Source: a virus
Virus record (IMG/VR): IMGVR_UViG_3300045988_137393
Direction: 5' to 3' (one strand)
Length of the DNA: 64,000 nt
The notes under the pieces were generated by a model that saw only the letters and a list, made by a program, of their open reading frames with translations, was not told the DNA's origin and ran no database searches. Of the stretch, positions 51,380 through 60,087 are shown piece after piece. Each line of letters begins with the position of its first letter. The first letter of the stretch is position 1. The position numbers and the translations under genes were made by a program.

Positions 51380-51661
51380 ATGAATAAGAGACAGAGAAAG
51401 AAATCATTTAAACAGACACTTATTAAGGTTAGAAAACTGCATCCACAGAAGGGTGATGTGATTTGTTTTCAGCCTAATTTTGATTATGTTGACTTGGGAA
51501 CTATGTGTGATTTTTTGAGAGTATATGAAGATAATAAGATTTTTGGAGAAGCTAAACTTACTATTATTCCGTCAGATATTAGACATATATATGGGGGTAA
51601 AGAATCAGCACAAGTCTTTGTTGACAAGTTACAGAGTATTGTAGATCAGATGGGAGAATAA
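51380..51661 (+). CDS. hypothetical protein (93 aa)
   Basis: ATG 5 nt after AGGTGAG. Confidence 0.65.
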   Translation: MNKRQRKKSFKQTLIKVRKLHPQKGDVICFQPNFDYVDLGTMCDFLRVYEDNKIFGEAKLTIIPSDIRHIYGGKESAQVFVDKLQSIVDQMGE

Positions 51662-51665
51662 AACT

Positions 51666-51944
51666 ATGGGGTTGACAAAAGATCAACAGATATATGCAGC
51701 CATAGACTTATTAAAACATCATGGATACAAAGTATATAAAGATTATTCAATGTTGATTGGTAAGTGGGTTGCATTTTGGCAGGAAGGAATGACACATATT
51801 TTGCATGGAAAAGTCATAGAAGTTTGTGGTGAAGATAATACATATTTTAAAGTTAAATGTAAGAATTCTTATTATAGATATGTTGCTATGATCGATGTAA
51901 TTGAGTTCTGCGACAATAAAAGTGATTGTTATGCGATAAGATGA
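51666..51944 (+). CDS. hypothetical protein (92 aa)
   Basis: ATG 4 nt after GGAGAATAA. Confidence 0.65.
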   Translation: MGLTKDQQIYAAIDLLKHHGYKVYKDYSMLIGKWVAFWQEGMTHILHGKVIEVCGEDNTYFKVKCKNSYYRYVAMIDVIEFCDNKSDCYAIR

Positions 51945-52019
51945 AAGAAGCATTTCCTTCGAATTTTTGAACGATAAAGAGAGAATAAATACATAGAAAA
52001 TAGAAAGAGAGGTACTGAA

Positions 52020-53183
52020 ATGGCAGAAAGAGCATTAGCACATGTAGAAAAGATTGAGTGGATCAGACCGATTGAAGGAGCTGATAATATTGAACTTATT
52101 GGAGTTTTAGGGTGGGTTTGTATCGCTAAGAAGGGTGAGTTTAATGTAGGAGATATGGCTGTTTATATTGAAATTGACAGCAAGTGTCCTGAAACAGATG
52201 AGAGGTTTGCATTTTTGGCAAATAAGAAATTCAAAGTTAAAACTATGAAACTTGGCAAGTTCAAGGTAATTAGCCAGGGATTAGCCCTACCATTATCACT
52301 TTTCCCAGAATTACAGGATAGAAATATTGGTGATGATGTTACAGAAGCTTTGAAGATTACATATGCTTCTGAAGAAGATGCTGCAAGAAAGACCAATAAG
52401 GTTGATCCAAATGCTAAATATAAGTTAATGGCAAAGCGTAGACCAAAGTTATTTGCTAACCCAATTGTAAGAAGGATTATGAGATACAGCATTGGTCGTA
52501 AGATTATGTTTTTATTGTTTGGTCGCAAGAAAGATAATCCAAAGAAGTTCCCAGATTGGATTGTCAAAACAGATGAGACGAGAATTGAGAATGCACCATT
52601 TTATCTTCAGAGTACCGAAAAGTGGATTAAGACTGAGAAATGCGATGGTACAAGCTGCACATTTGCAGTTGATAGATTGAAGAAGGACAAGAACAAATTT
52701 GATTTTATTGTATGCAGTAGAAATGTAAGACAGGCTGATAGAGAACAGGCTTGTTATCACGAGTCAAATATTTATTGGGAATTGGCTGACAAATATGACA
52801 TTGAAAAGATTCTTACACAGTTTGCAACAGAGAATAATTATAACAGAGTTGTGTTACAAGGTGAAGGAGTTGGCTTAGTTCATGGCAATCCATATAAATT
52901 TACGGAGAATAAGTTATTTGTATTCAATCTGATTATTGATGGTACAAGACTTGGAACTGTAGAAATGGCTGATTTCTGTAAGAGTCATGGATTAACAAGT
53001 GTGCCAATTATTGATACGGCTTATGAGTTACCTAAGACTATGGAAGAAATGAAACTTGAAGCTGATGGATATAGTGAATTAAATCCAAAGGTTAAGAGAG
53101 AGGGGTTTGTATATCGCAGTATTAATGGTCAGCAGAGTTTTAAAAATGTAAGCCGAGAGTATTTATTAAAACACAACGGATAG
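52020..53183 (+). CDS. ATP-dependent RNA ligase, Rnl5-like (DraRnl/NgrRnl type) (387 aa)
   Basis: N-terminal OB-like module VEKIEWIRPIEGADNIELIGVLGWVCIAKKGEFNVGDMAVYIEIDS. Nucleotidyltransferase motif I EKCDGTS, then LQGEGVG and SFKNVS (motifs IV/V type). Confidence 0.75.
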   Translation: MAERALAHVEKIEWIRPIEGADNIELIGVLGWVCIAKKGEFNVGDMAVYIEIDSKCPETDERFAFLANKKFKVKTMKLGKFKVISQGLALPLSLFPELQDRNIGDDVTEALKITYASEEDAARKTNKVDPNAKYKLMAKRRPKLFANPIVRRIMRYSIGRKIMFLLFGRKKDNPKKFPDWIVKTDETRIENAPFYLQSTEKWIKTEKCDGTSCTFAVDRLKKDKNKFDFIVCSRNVRQADREQACYHESNIYWELADKYDIEKILTQFATENNYNRVVLQGEGVGLVHGNPYKFTENKLFVFNLIIDGTRLGTVEMADFCKSHGLTSVPIIDTAYELPKTMEEMKLEADGYSELNPKVKREGFVYRSINGQQSFKNVSREYLLKHNG

Positions 53184-53192
53184 GAGTTATTT

Positions 53193-54077
53193 ATGAATAA
53201 ACCTACATTGTATATCATGTGCGGTTTGAGTGGTAGTGGCAAGTCAACTATTGCCGCTCAGATTGCCAATGAGAATCCAAATACAATAATCGTATCATCA
53301 GACGCAATTCGTGAAGAATTGACTGGTAATTACGAAGACCAAGAACATAATGAAGAAGTATTTAAAATTTTTCACAATAGAATCCGCAAGAATTTAGAGA
53401 ATAAAAAGAATGTAATTGCAGACGCAACTAACCTGACTATGAAATCTCGTAGAGCAATTATGATGAAAGTAAATTGGTTAAATATCAGAAAAGTGTGTGT
53501 AATTATACCAAAGCCGTTTGAACAGTGTAAAGAAGATAATTTACATAGAGAACACCCTGTACCTGACTTTGTGTTGGATAAGCAGATTAGAAAATTCCAG
53601 ATTCCGTTCTATGAGGAAGGATTCGATGAGATTATCATTCATAATTTATTAAATAATTATGAACCAAATGATATTCCAGATATAAGAGGATTTGACCAGA
53701 AAAACCCACATCACACAATGGATTTATTTGAACACTGTAAATATGCATCGAGATTATTTTGTACAAAATATTCTTATCCTGCAAGATTCAGAATAGGTGC
53801 TTTGTATCATGATTTAGGCAAATTGAGTACACAAACATTTGATGAAAATGGAATAGCTCATTATTATCAGCATCATTGTTATGGTTCATACCAATATATG
53901 ACAGCTATGTATCATGTTGATTCTGATGTTGTTTTAGATACATGTTTCCTTATCAATTATCATATGATGCCTTTTAATTGGGATACTGATAAAGCAAAAC
54001 AGCGTTGGAAAGAAAGGTTTGGAGAATACAAATACAAGATGCTTTTAGATTTTAATGAATGTGATAGAGCGAGGTAG
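53193..54077 (+). CDS. bifunctional polynucleotide 5'-kinase (P-loop) / HD-domain phosphoesterase (Pnk-HD) (294 aa)
   Basis: Walker A CGLSGSGKST plus SSDAIRE (T4 Pnk-like). C-terminal HHTMDLFEH ... YHDLGK HD motifs. Confidence 0.7.
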   Translation: MNKPTLYIMCGLSGSGKSTIAAQIANENPNTIIVSSDAIREELTGNYEDQEHNEEVFKIFHNRIRKNLENKKNVIADATNLTMKSRRAIMMKVNWLNIRKVCVIIPKPFEQCKEDNLHREHPVPDFVLDKQIRKFQIPFYEEGFDEIIIHNLLNNYEPNDIPDIRGFDQKNPHHTMDLFEHCKYASRLFCTKYSYPARFRIGALYHDLGKLSTQTFDENGIAHYYQHHCYGSYQYMTAMYHVDSDVVLDTCFLINYHMMPFNWDTDKAKQRWKERFGEYKYKMLLDFNECDRAR

Positions 54078-54223
54078 TTATATAAGTAGTATTTCAGTTG
54101 GTGATTTAAAATCTATTCTCTAAAGAAGAAGGTCTTAAAGATTGGTGTGCTTATATCAATGGCGTAAAAGCCGATGACGATTTTAGAGAGATTAGGTTGG
54201 TGAATTAAGTTAGGAGAATAAAT

Positions 54224-54637
54224 ATGTATAAACAGATTATTATTGCAAGAAAAGACCTCGTAATGTCGTCAGGAAAGCTTGCGGCTCAAGTCAGTCACGG
54301 CTCTATGGCATTTCTCAGTTGGTTTATTAGAAATAATTCCGATTTAGATGGTCATGTCGATGGCTATATTGACGAAGATATTCTTCACAATTGGATTGAG
54401 GGCGAATTTACAAAATGTGTTCTTCAAGCCAAAAATAAGAATCAGTTGCTAAAAGCTAAGACTATGGCAGAAGAATTAAGAATGGTTGAAGGTAAAGATT
54501 TCTGGCTTATAAAGGATAACTGTCACACTGAATTGGAACCTGAAGAGGATGGTAGGACACTTACTGTAATTGGTTTTAGACCAATGGACAGTGAGATTAT
54601 TGATCAGATTGGAAGAAAATATCATTTGTATATGTAG
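54224..54637 (+). CDS. peptidyl-tRNA hydrolase, PTH2 family (137 aa)
   Basis: IIARKDLVMSSGKLAAQVSHGSMAF ... TVIGFRP is the PTH2 signature. ATG after the GGAGAATAA motif. Confidence 0.75.
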   Translation: MYKQIIIARKDLVMSSGKLAAQVSHGSMAFLSWFIRNNSDLDGHVDGYIDEDILHNWIEGEFTKCVLQAKNKNQLLKAKTMAEELRMVEGKDFWLIKDNCHTELEPEEDGRTLTVIGFRPMDSEIIDQIGRKYHLYM

Positions 54638-54671
54638 AAAAGGAGAATATTAAAGCAAGGAGGTAAGAAAA

Positions 54672-55322
54672 ATGTCGTATTGGACTTATATCAACGGTAC
54701 AATAACAGTTCGTCCTATGGGTAGAACACAGCCTGAGAAGAGATATATTCTTGAAACAGTGCTAAATCATCTGCCAAGAGTAACAGGTTCTGAAGGTGAC
54801 ATGAATACATATATCATTCAGAAAAATGGTTATAACAGTTCATGCTCATGTGATGAATTTGGCGAAGTGACAAATAATTTAGTAGATAGATACGGATATA
54901 AGAGTCGTAGTAGAGGATGGTTACAAACACAGGACGAATATATCCTTGTGGTAAATGCAGCTTTAAGAGACAGAGAATTTGAAGAAACCTATAGAGAATT
55001 TATGAAGTGGTTTGTAAGACTCTGTAAGAGAGTAGGTTGTGAAGATGTTCTTGTAGAAATAAAAGGATATGACAAATCAACTATTATCAAAGACAGAAAT
55101 ATTCAGAGAAAAAAGTATTCTTGGAAGAGTGTTTTTGATGGCTTATTTGAAGATCCAAGCTGGTGTAATGACAGTAAAGAAGGGTATAAAGAGCCGAACT
55201 GGTGCGAATTTATGATATACGACAGAGCAAAGGATTCTGATTATCCTATGACACTTGCTTACAAATATTTCAACGATGAAGAAAATGATAAGGAAGTTGA
55301 GAGAAGAATGAATTATAGATAA
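54672..55322 (+). CDS. hypothetical protein (216 aa)
   Basis: ATG 9 nt after AAGGAGG. Confidence 0.7.
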   Translation: MSYWTYINGTITVRPMGRTQPEKRYILETVLNHLPRVTGSEGDMNTYIIQKNGYNSSCSCDEFGEVTNNLVDRYGYKSRSRGWLQTQDEYILVVNAALRDREFEETYREFMKWFVRLCKRVGCEDVLVEIKGYDKSTIIKDRNIQRKKYSWKSVFDGLFEDPSWCNDSKEGYKEPNWCEFMIYDRAKDSDYPMTLAYKYFNDEENDKEVERRMNYR

Positions 55323-55371
55323 TTTCAAAAGAATGCAACATATCCTTGAATTATTGAAAAGAGGTGATTAA

Positions 55372-55872
55372 GTGTTAGTACCTGCAATTCTGTATAAAGA
55401 GCAGATCAAGAAAGAATTTCAGAAATATTACTATACAACAGATATGATGTATGAAACTGGTTGCATGTGCAATTGGAGTCCTGAAATTGCAGAATGTCCA
55501 AATGAGAGTCAATTCCAATATGCAATAGTTAATAAGAACGAAAAACTCATTGGCTACTTAGGATATTCCGTTGATTGGTATGCATCTAAAGCATATAACT
55601 TTGGGTTGTTCTCATTTGACAGAGGGAATGTTCTGGTTGGTAAGGACGTATTCGATAAATTAGAAGAGCTGATTAAAACATTACATAGAGTTGAATGGAG
55701 AGCTGTTGGTGGCAATCCTGCTTGTAGATGTTATGATAGCTTTATCGAGAGACACAATGGAACGAAACATATTCTGAAAGATTCAATTAAAGATAAGAAT
55801 GGTGAATATCACGATGATATTATTTATGAAATTGTGAGTGAGAATAATACATTGGAGGTGAAAAAAATATGA
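55372..55872 (+). CDS. hypothetical protein (166 aa), GTG start; GNAT-like fold only suspected
   Basis: GTG 5 nt after GAGGTGA. Confidence 0.6.
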   Translation: MLVPAILYKEQIKKEFQKYYYTTDMMYETGCMCNWSPEIAECPNESQFQYAIVNKNEKLIGYLGYSVDWYASKAYNFGLFSFDRGNVLVGKDVFDKLEELIKTLHRVEWRAVGGNPACRCYDSFIERHNGTKHILKDSIKDKNGEYHDDIIYEIVSENNTLEVKKI

Positions 55873-56090
55873 GAAAATGTAAAGGAAAAGTAAATATTTA
55901 CACAAATGGAATGCAGCAAGAACAGACTTTTGATATTGGGTATTTCCATGAGTGGGGATGTAACTATGAAGAATTTGAAACTAATGCAGGAAACTATTCG
56001 GTAGCCATTGTAGAATTACCAGATGGGAAAATTATAACTCCATCACCAAATGATATTGAATTTATTGATAAGATTGTGAGTGAAGAATAA
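55869..56090 (+). CDS. hypothetical protein (73 aa)
   Basis: ATG 8 nt after GGAGGTG, with a 4-nt overlap. Confidence 0.65.
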   Translation: MRKCKGKVNIYTNGMQQEQTFDIGYFHEWGCNYEEFETNAGNYSVAIVELPDGKIITPSPNDIEFIDKIVSEE

Positions 56091-56108
56091 TATATTGGAG
56101 GTGAAAAT

Positions 56109-56531
56109 ATGTATCAAAATTGTTGTAAGAAATGTGGAAGCGTTTCGCTACATACAGAAGTAAAAGGCAATAACACAGGACTTTATTGTGATGATTGCGG
56201 TGCATGGATCAAATGGCTTGGTAAAGATGAATTGAGAGCTTTTGAACATGCAAAACAGATAGAAAAACAAATAGAAAAGAAAATATACATAAACAGTTAT
56301 GGATTTCAAGATAATAAAGCAGACATTGAACTTGGTAGATTATGTTGTTTTAAGCCATTGGACAAAGATGAGATTTATTTTGGTCATATGGCTGGAAAAG
56401 TTGTTGATGATTTTGAAAACATGACTTTTATGTATGTTTTAAATATTGATAGTAGATATTTCTTTTCTCGCAATGTAATCATAAAACCAGAAGATGTACA
56501 TACATCTAACGATGCAAAGAGATATTTCTAA
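56109..56531 (+). CDS. hypothetical protein with N-terminal Zn-ribbon (140 aa)
   Basis: CCKKCGS..CDDCG. ATG 5 nt after GGAGGTG. Confidence 0.65.
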   Translation: MYQNCCKKCGSVSLHTEVKGNNTGLYCDDCGAWIKWLGKDELRAFEHAKQIEKQIEKKIYINSYGFQDNKADIELGRLCCFKPLDKDEIYFGHMAGKVVDDFENMTFMYVLNIDSRYFFSRNVIIKPEDVHTSNDAKRYF

Positions 56532-56655
56532 GTAAACCAATCTTTCTTGTGAAAATTTTTAATCATATCTAAGCCATTCGGCTATGGGAATCCCGACAAA
56601 TAAGAGAATAGTACAGTGTAACTAATAAAAATATTACATATAAAGGAGATTTTAA

Positions 56656-57207
56656 ATGAAGAACACAAATTGGAAAGTGCCAGTAATTATTGGCGTAGGA
56701 GTATTAGCAGTTATTTTAATGATTGTATTTGGTGTACAGAGTTCGCAGAATAAAGCTATTGCACTTGAGGAGCAGGTAAATACAGCGTCATCAGATATTA
56801 AGGTACAGGAAAAGCGAAGAGTTGATCTTGTATATAACCTTGCTGATTGTGTAAAACAGTATGACAAACATGAAGCTGATACATTGACAGCAGTTGCAGA
56901 TGGTCGTGGATCAACAGGAGATATTGAGAATGTAACAACAGCTATTACAGCAGTTGCAGAAGCATATCCTGAGCTGAAGTCCAATGAGAACTATAAGACT
57001 CTTATGAATGAGTTATCTATGACAGAGAATATGATTGCAGAGTATCGCAGCAATTACAATAAGCAGATTAAGGAATACAAGAGATATGTAAGAAAGTTCC
57101 CTACAAGACAGTTCCTTGGATTACTTGGATATGAAGTGCAGGAATATGAGTATTTAGATTACAATGCGCCAGTTGACGCTCCACAGTCGTTATTCAAAGA
57201 GGATTAG
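56656..57207 (+). CDS. lemA: LemA-family membrane protein (183 aa)
   Basis: N-terminal TM, then ALEEQVNTASSDIKVQEKRRVDLVYNL...AYPELKSNENYKTLMNELSMTENMIAEYRSNYNKQIKEYKRYVRKFPTRQF. Confidence 0.8.
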   Translation: MKNTNWKVPVIIGVGVLAVILMIVFGVQSSQNKAIALEEQVNTASSDIKVQEKRRVDLVYNLADCVKQYDKHEADTLTAVADGRGSTGDIENVTTAITAVAEAYPELKSNENYKTLMNELSMTENMIAEYRSNYNKQIKEYKRYVRKFPTRQFLGLLGYEVQEYEYLDYNAPVDAPQSLFKED

Positions 57208-57210
57208 TCT

Positions 57211-57972
57211 ATGAGATATGGTAGAAAAGGTTTTGATTTTGGCGATTTTGAAATAACAAAACGTGAAATTTTGGCTAGTATTTCTATCATTGCAGTTATG
57301 ATTCTGTTTGGTATTCTGATTTTTTCCAAGATTTCAGAACAACAAATGGATAAAAATGAGATTTATAACAAGGCTGTTAAGATAGAAAGTCAAGAAATGT
57401 TCCAATATGGAATGGATACAAATGTTGGTAATGCGTTTGTATATGGTGATTTGAAAGCAGTAGATACAGTTACATATCCTGAAATTGGTGGAGAATATAT
57501 GTATGTAGAGAAAGTCAAAGAGCGATATACGATGCATACAAGACAAGTAGCTCATACAAGAACTGTTAATGGCAAATCACAAACTTATTATACAACAGAA
57601 ACATATTGGACTTGGGATAGAGTTGGAAGTGAAGATATTAAGTGCAAAGAAATATCATTTTGTGGAGTGAATTTCGCAAGTAATAAGATTGATTTACCTG
57701 GTACTGATTATATTAACACAGTTAAAGAGTCAAGTAATGTGAGGTATAAATATTATGGTGTTGGTACTGAATATAAAGGAACAATTTTTACAGATTTGAG
57801 AGATAAAACCATTTCAGATAATACATCATTTTATAATGATTCGACTATTGATGATACGATAGAAAGACTAGAATCTGATTTTCCAATTATTATTTTCTGG
57901 ATCTTTTGGGTTATTTTAATCGGTGGAATGGTATTTGGGTTCTACTATTTGGATAATAGGTGGTTAGATTAG
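57211..57972 (+). CDS. membrane protein (253 aa), LemA-associated
   Basis: N-terminal TM ILASISIIAVMILFGILIF and C-terminal TM IIIFWIFWVILIGGMVFGFYY. 3-nt gap after lemA. Confidence 0.65.
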   Translation: MRYGRKGFDFGDFEITKREILASISIIAVMILFGILIFSKISEQQMDKNEIYNKAVKIESQEMFQYGMDTNVGNAFVYGDLKAVDTVTYPEIGGEYMYVEKVKERYTMHTRQVAHTRTVNGKSQTYYTTETYWTWDRVGSEDIKCKEISFCGVNFASNKIDLPGTDYINTVKESSNVRYKYYGVGTEYKGTIFTDLRDKTISDNTSFYNDSTIDDTIERLESDFPIIIFWIFWVILIGGMVFGFYYLDNRWLD

Positions 57973-58007
57973 CAAGAAATTTTTCTTTCCTTTGGAGGTG
58001 ACTGAAA

Positions 58008-58202
58008 ATGAATAATGGAGTAAATTACACAATCATAAGTAGACCTTCTTATATTACATTTAAGTGTCCATTTTGTCATGAAGAAGTAGAAGTGAATTTT
58101 GATGAAGTTGATTTCAATAGTGATTATTGGGGAGATGGTGCTTGGTGTGATTGTCCTGAATGTGGTGAGAAAGTGGAACTTGATGATTATGAGTACGATT
58201 AG
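58008..58202 (+). CDS. small Zn-ribbon protein (64 aa)
   Basis: CPFCHE..CPECGE. Preceded by TTTCTTTCCTTTGGAGGTG. Confidence 0.65.
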   Translation: MNNGVNYTIISRPSYITFKCPFCHEEVEVNFDEVDFNSDYWGDGAWCDCPECGEKVELDDYEYD

Positions 58203-58214
58203 GAGAATAATTAT

Positions 58215-58499
58215 ATGGGACAATTGATAGATAAAACAATCCTACGAAAAGAATTATCTAAGCTGCCATCTGAAATGGGATTTGTAAGGAAGTCTGATGT
58301 AATGCAGATTCTTGGCAGTCAGAACTGTGCTTACAATATAGATAAAGTCGTGAAAGAATTAGAAGAAACACATAAACGATTCTGTAATTCAGTAGTTTGT
58401 GGTGGAAAGGGTAATTCATATTTATGCGAAGATTGTGAGGAATACATTTTAGTAAGCCATTATATAAAAGCAGTTAAGGATGGTGGAACATGTCAATAG
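58215..58499 (+). CDS. hypothetical protein (94 aa)
   Basis: ATG 4 nt after GGAGAATAA. Confidence 0.65.
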   Translation: MGQLIDKTILRKELSKLPSEMGFVRKSDVMQILGSQNCAYNIDKVVKELEETHKRFCNSVVCGGKGNSYLCEDCEEYILVSHYIKAVKDGGTCQ

Positions 58500-58780
58500 G
58501 TGATGGAAGAAAAACATATTCCGACAGTACATTAAAATCTATGACAAAAGATGAGCTGATTGATATTATTCGTTGCTTAGAAAGTAATCTTAGAAATGCT
58601 CGTGAGACAAATAATATTCAGTATGAGAATTGTAAGAGATTGTTGAGTGGAAATGAGACAATTCAAGATAAGTATAAGAAGAAAATTGATGAACAGACAG
58701 AAGCTTGGATTAAAGCAGGATTGACATTACCAGAATCAGAAAAAGAAGAATTGATGAGAATGTCGCAGTTAAGAGAATAA
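58490..58780 (+). CDS. hypothetical protein (96 aa)
   Basis: ORF-track ORF with a 10-nt overlap. Confidence 0.6.
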   Translation: MSIGDGRKTYSDSTLKSMTKDELIDIIRCLESNLRNARETNNIQYENCKRLLSGNETIQDKYKKKIDEQTEAWIKAGLTLPESEKEELMRMSQLRE

Positions 58781-58799
58781 GTATCTGTGAGGTGATGAA

Positions 58800-59702
58800 G
58801 TGAAATATATAGAACGAAAAGATTATAACAAGGTGATAACAGTTAAACTTGTGATTCCAGGTGGTTGTAATGCGAAATGTCCGTTTTGTTACAATAAAGA
58901 TAAAGATAAAGATATGTCGTGTGATAAGCAACAGTTTTTAGATAATTTCATCGAATCACTTGATGATATTATAACAAGAATAGGTGATAAAAATCCTATA
59001 TCAGTTGATATAACTGGTGGTGAACCAACTTTAGATCCTGAATATTTATCAAAAGTGTTTATCAAATTGAAAGAGTTCAATATTAAATCAAAGGTTCTTA
59101 GAGTAACTATGACAACAAATGGCACTCATCTAAAAGAAGTAATCCCATATATGAAAGATGTTGTTGATTATGTAAATATTTCAATTCATGATTGGCGACC
59201 AATAAGAAGAGAAGAAATACTTGGATTTTGTTTCAATAGAATTGGCTATAAAGATATGATTCAGCAGCTTAACAATATCGGAATTACAGTATCAGCGTGT
59301 GCAGTTATATTTAAGAAAATTCCAAACTTTGTAAAGTGGAGAGACTTCTTTATTGATTGGGCGAAAGGAATAGGGTTCATTGCGGTAAGATTTAGATGTG
59401 ATGTATTCTGGAACGATTCTGATGTGTTTGATTCCTATTTAACAGAGTCGATGAGTGAGGCTGATAAATTTGATGTTATAGATTATGAAAACACAACGGA
59501 TTCTCATTGGTGTAGACTTCGCAGAAAAGATAAGATGAGAGTATTTTTCTTGCATGGTGTTTTAGACACCTCAATCAAGACAAAAGGTATTGAATATGTA
59601 ATAGATACTGATGGTCACTGTTATTGCGATTATTACAGAAGAACAAAAGTAGAAGATTATCAATATGAAATTGGAAAGATTTATGATGCAGTGAGTGATT
59701 AA
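58800..59702 (+). CDS. radical SAM enzyme of unknown specificity (300 aa), GTG start
   Basis: IPGGCNAKCPFCYN (CxxxCxxC cluster) and ITGGEPTLDP (SAM-binding GGE). GTG 5 nt after GAGGTG. Confidence 0.75.
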   Translation: MKYIERKDYNKVITVKLVIPGGCNAKCPFCYNKDKDKDMSCDKQQFLDNFIESLDDIITRIGDKNPISVDITGGEPTLDPEYLSKVFIKLKEFNIKSKVLRVTMTTNGTHLKEVIPYMKDVVDYVNISIHDWRPIRREEILGFCFNRIGYKDMIQQLNNIGITVSACAVIFKKIPNFVKWRDFFIDWAKGIGFIAVRFRCDVFWNDSDVFDSYLTESMSEADKFDVIDYENTTDSHWCRLRRKDKMRVFFLHGVLDTSIKTKGIEYVIDTDGHCYCDYYRRTKVEDYQYEIGKIYDAVSD

Positions 59703-59769
59703 ACAGAGAATAAATTAACAGTAAAGATTCGTTTCTTTTGGAAATAAGACTAAGAAAGGTGTGTACTGA

Positions 59770-60069
59770 ATGAGAAGAAAATTAAAAACGATTGCAAGAA
59801 AAGTACATAATTTTATTGAACGAGCGAGGATGTCTGAATCGGATTATTTAACTATGAAAGAACAGTCAAATAAGTTTGAAAATATGATGTCATCTTGTGA
59901 ATTTAAGTTAGACGAACCAGAATATACAGATGTTAAAGATGCAGATGGAAATATCCTGCATAGATTTAAAAAGTCTCAGTCTGCAAGTCTTAATATTAAC
60001 ATAGATGAAATGTTGAAAAACGGTGGAATTTTATATGATAAAGAAAGAGTCAAGTTAAATATTGAGTAA
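59770..60069 (+). CDS. hypothetical protein (99 aa)
   Basis: ATG after AAAGGTG. Confidence 0.6.
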   Translation: MRRKLKTIARKVHNFIERARMSESDYLTMKEQSNKFENMMSSCEFKLDEPEYTDVKDADGNILHRFKKSQSASLNINIDEMLKNGGILYDKERVKLNIE

Positions 60070-60087
60070 AAAGAGGAGAATAAATAT

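Noticed and set aside
54078-54223. Small ORF with TTG-GTG-ATT-TAA followed by an in-frame coding-like 28 codons (..EEGLKDWCAYINGVKADDDFREIRLVN*)
   Set aside because: It is too short and has no SD, so it cannot be told apart from chance in AT-rich sequence.
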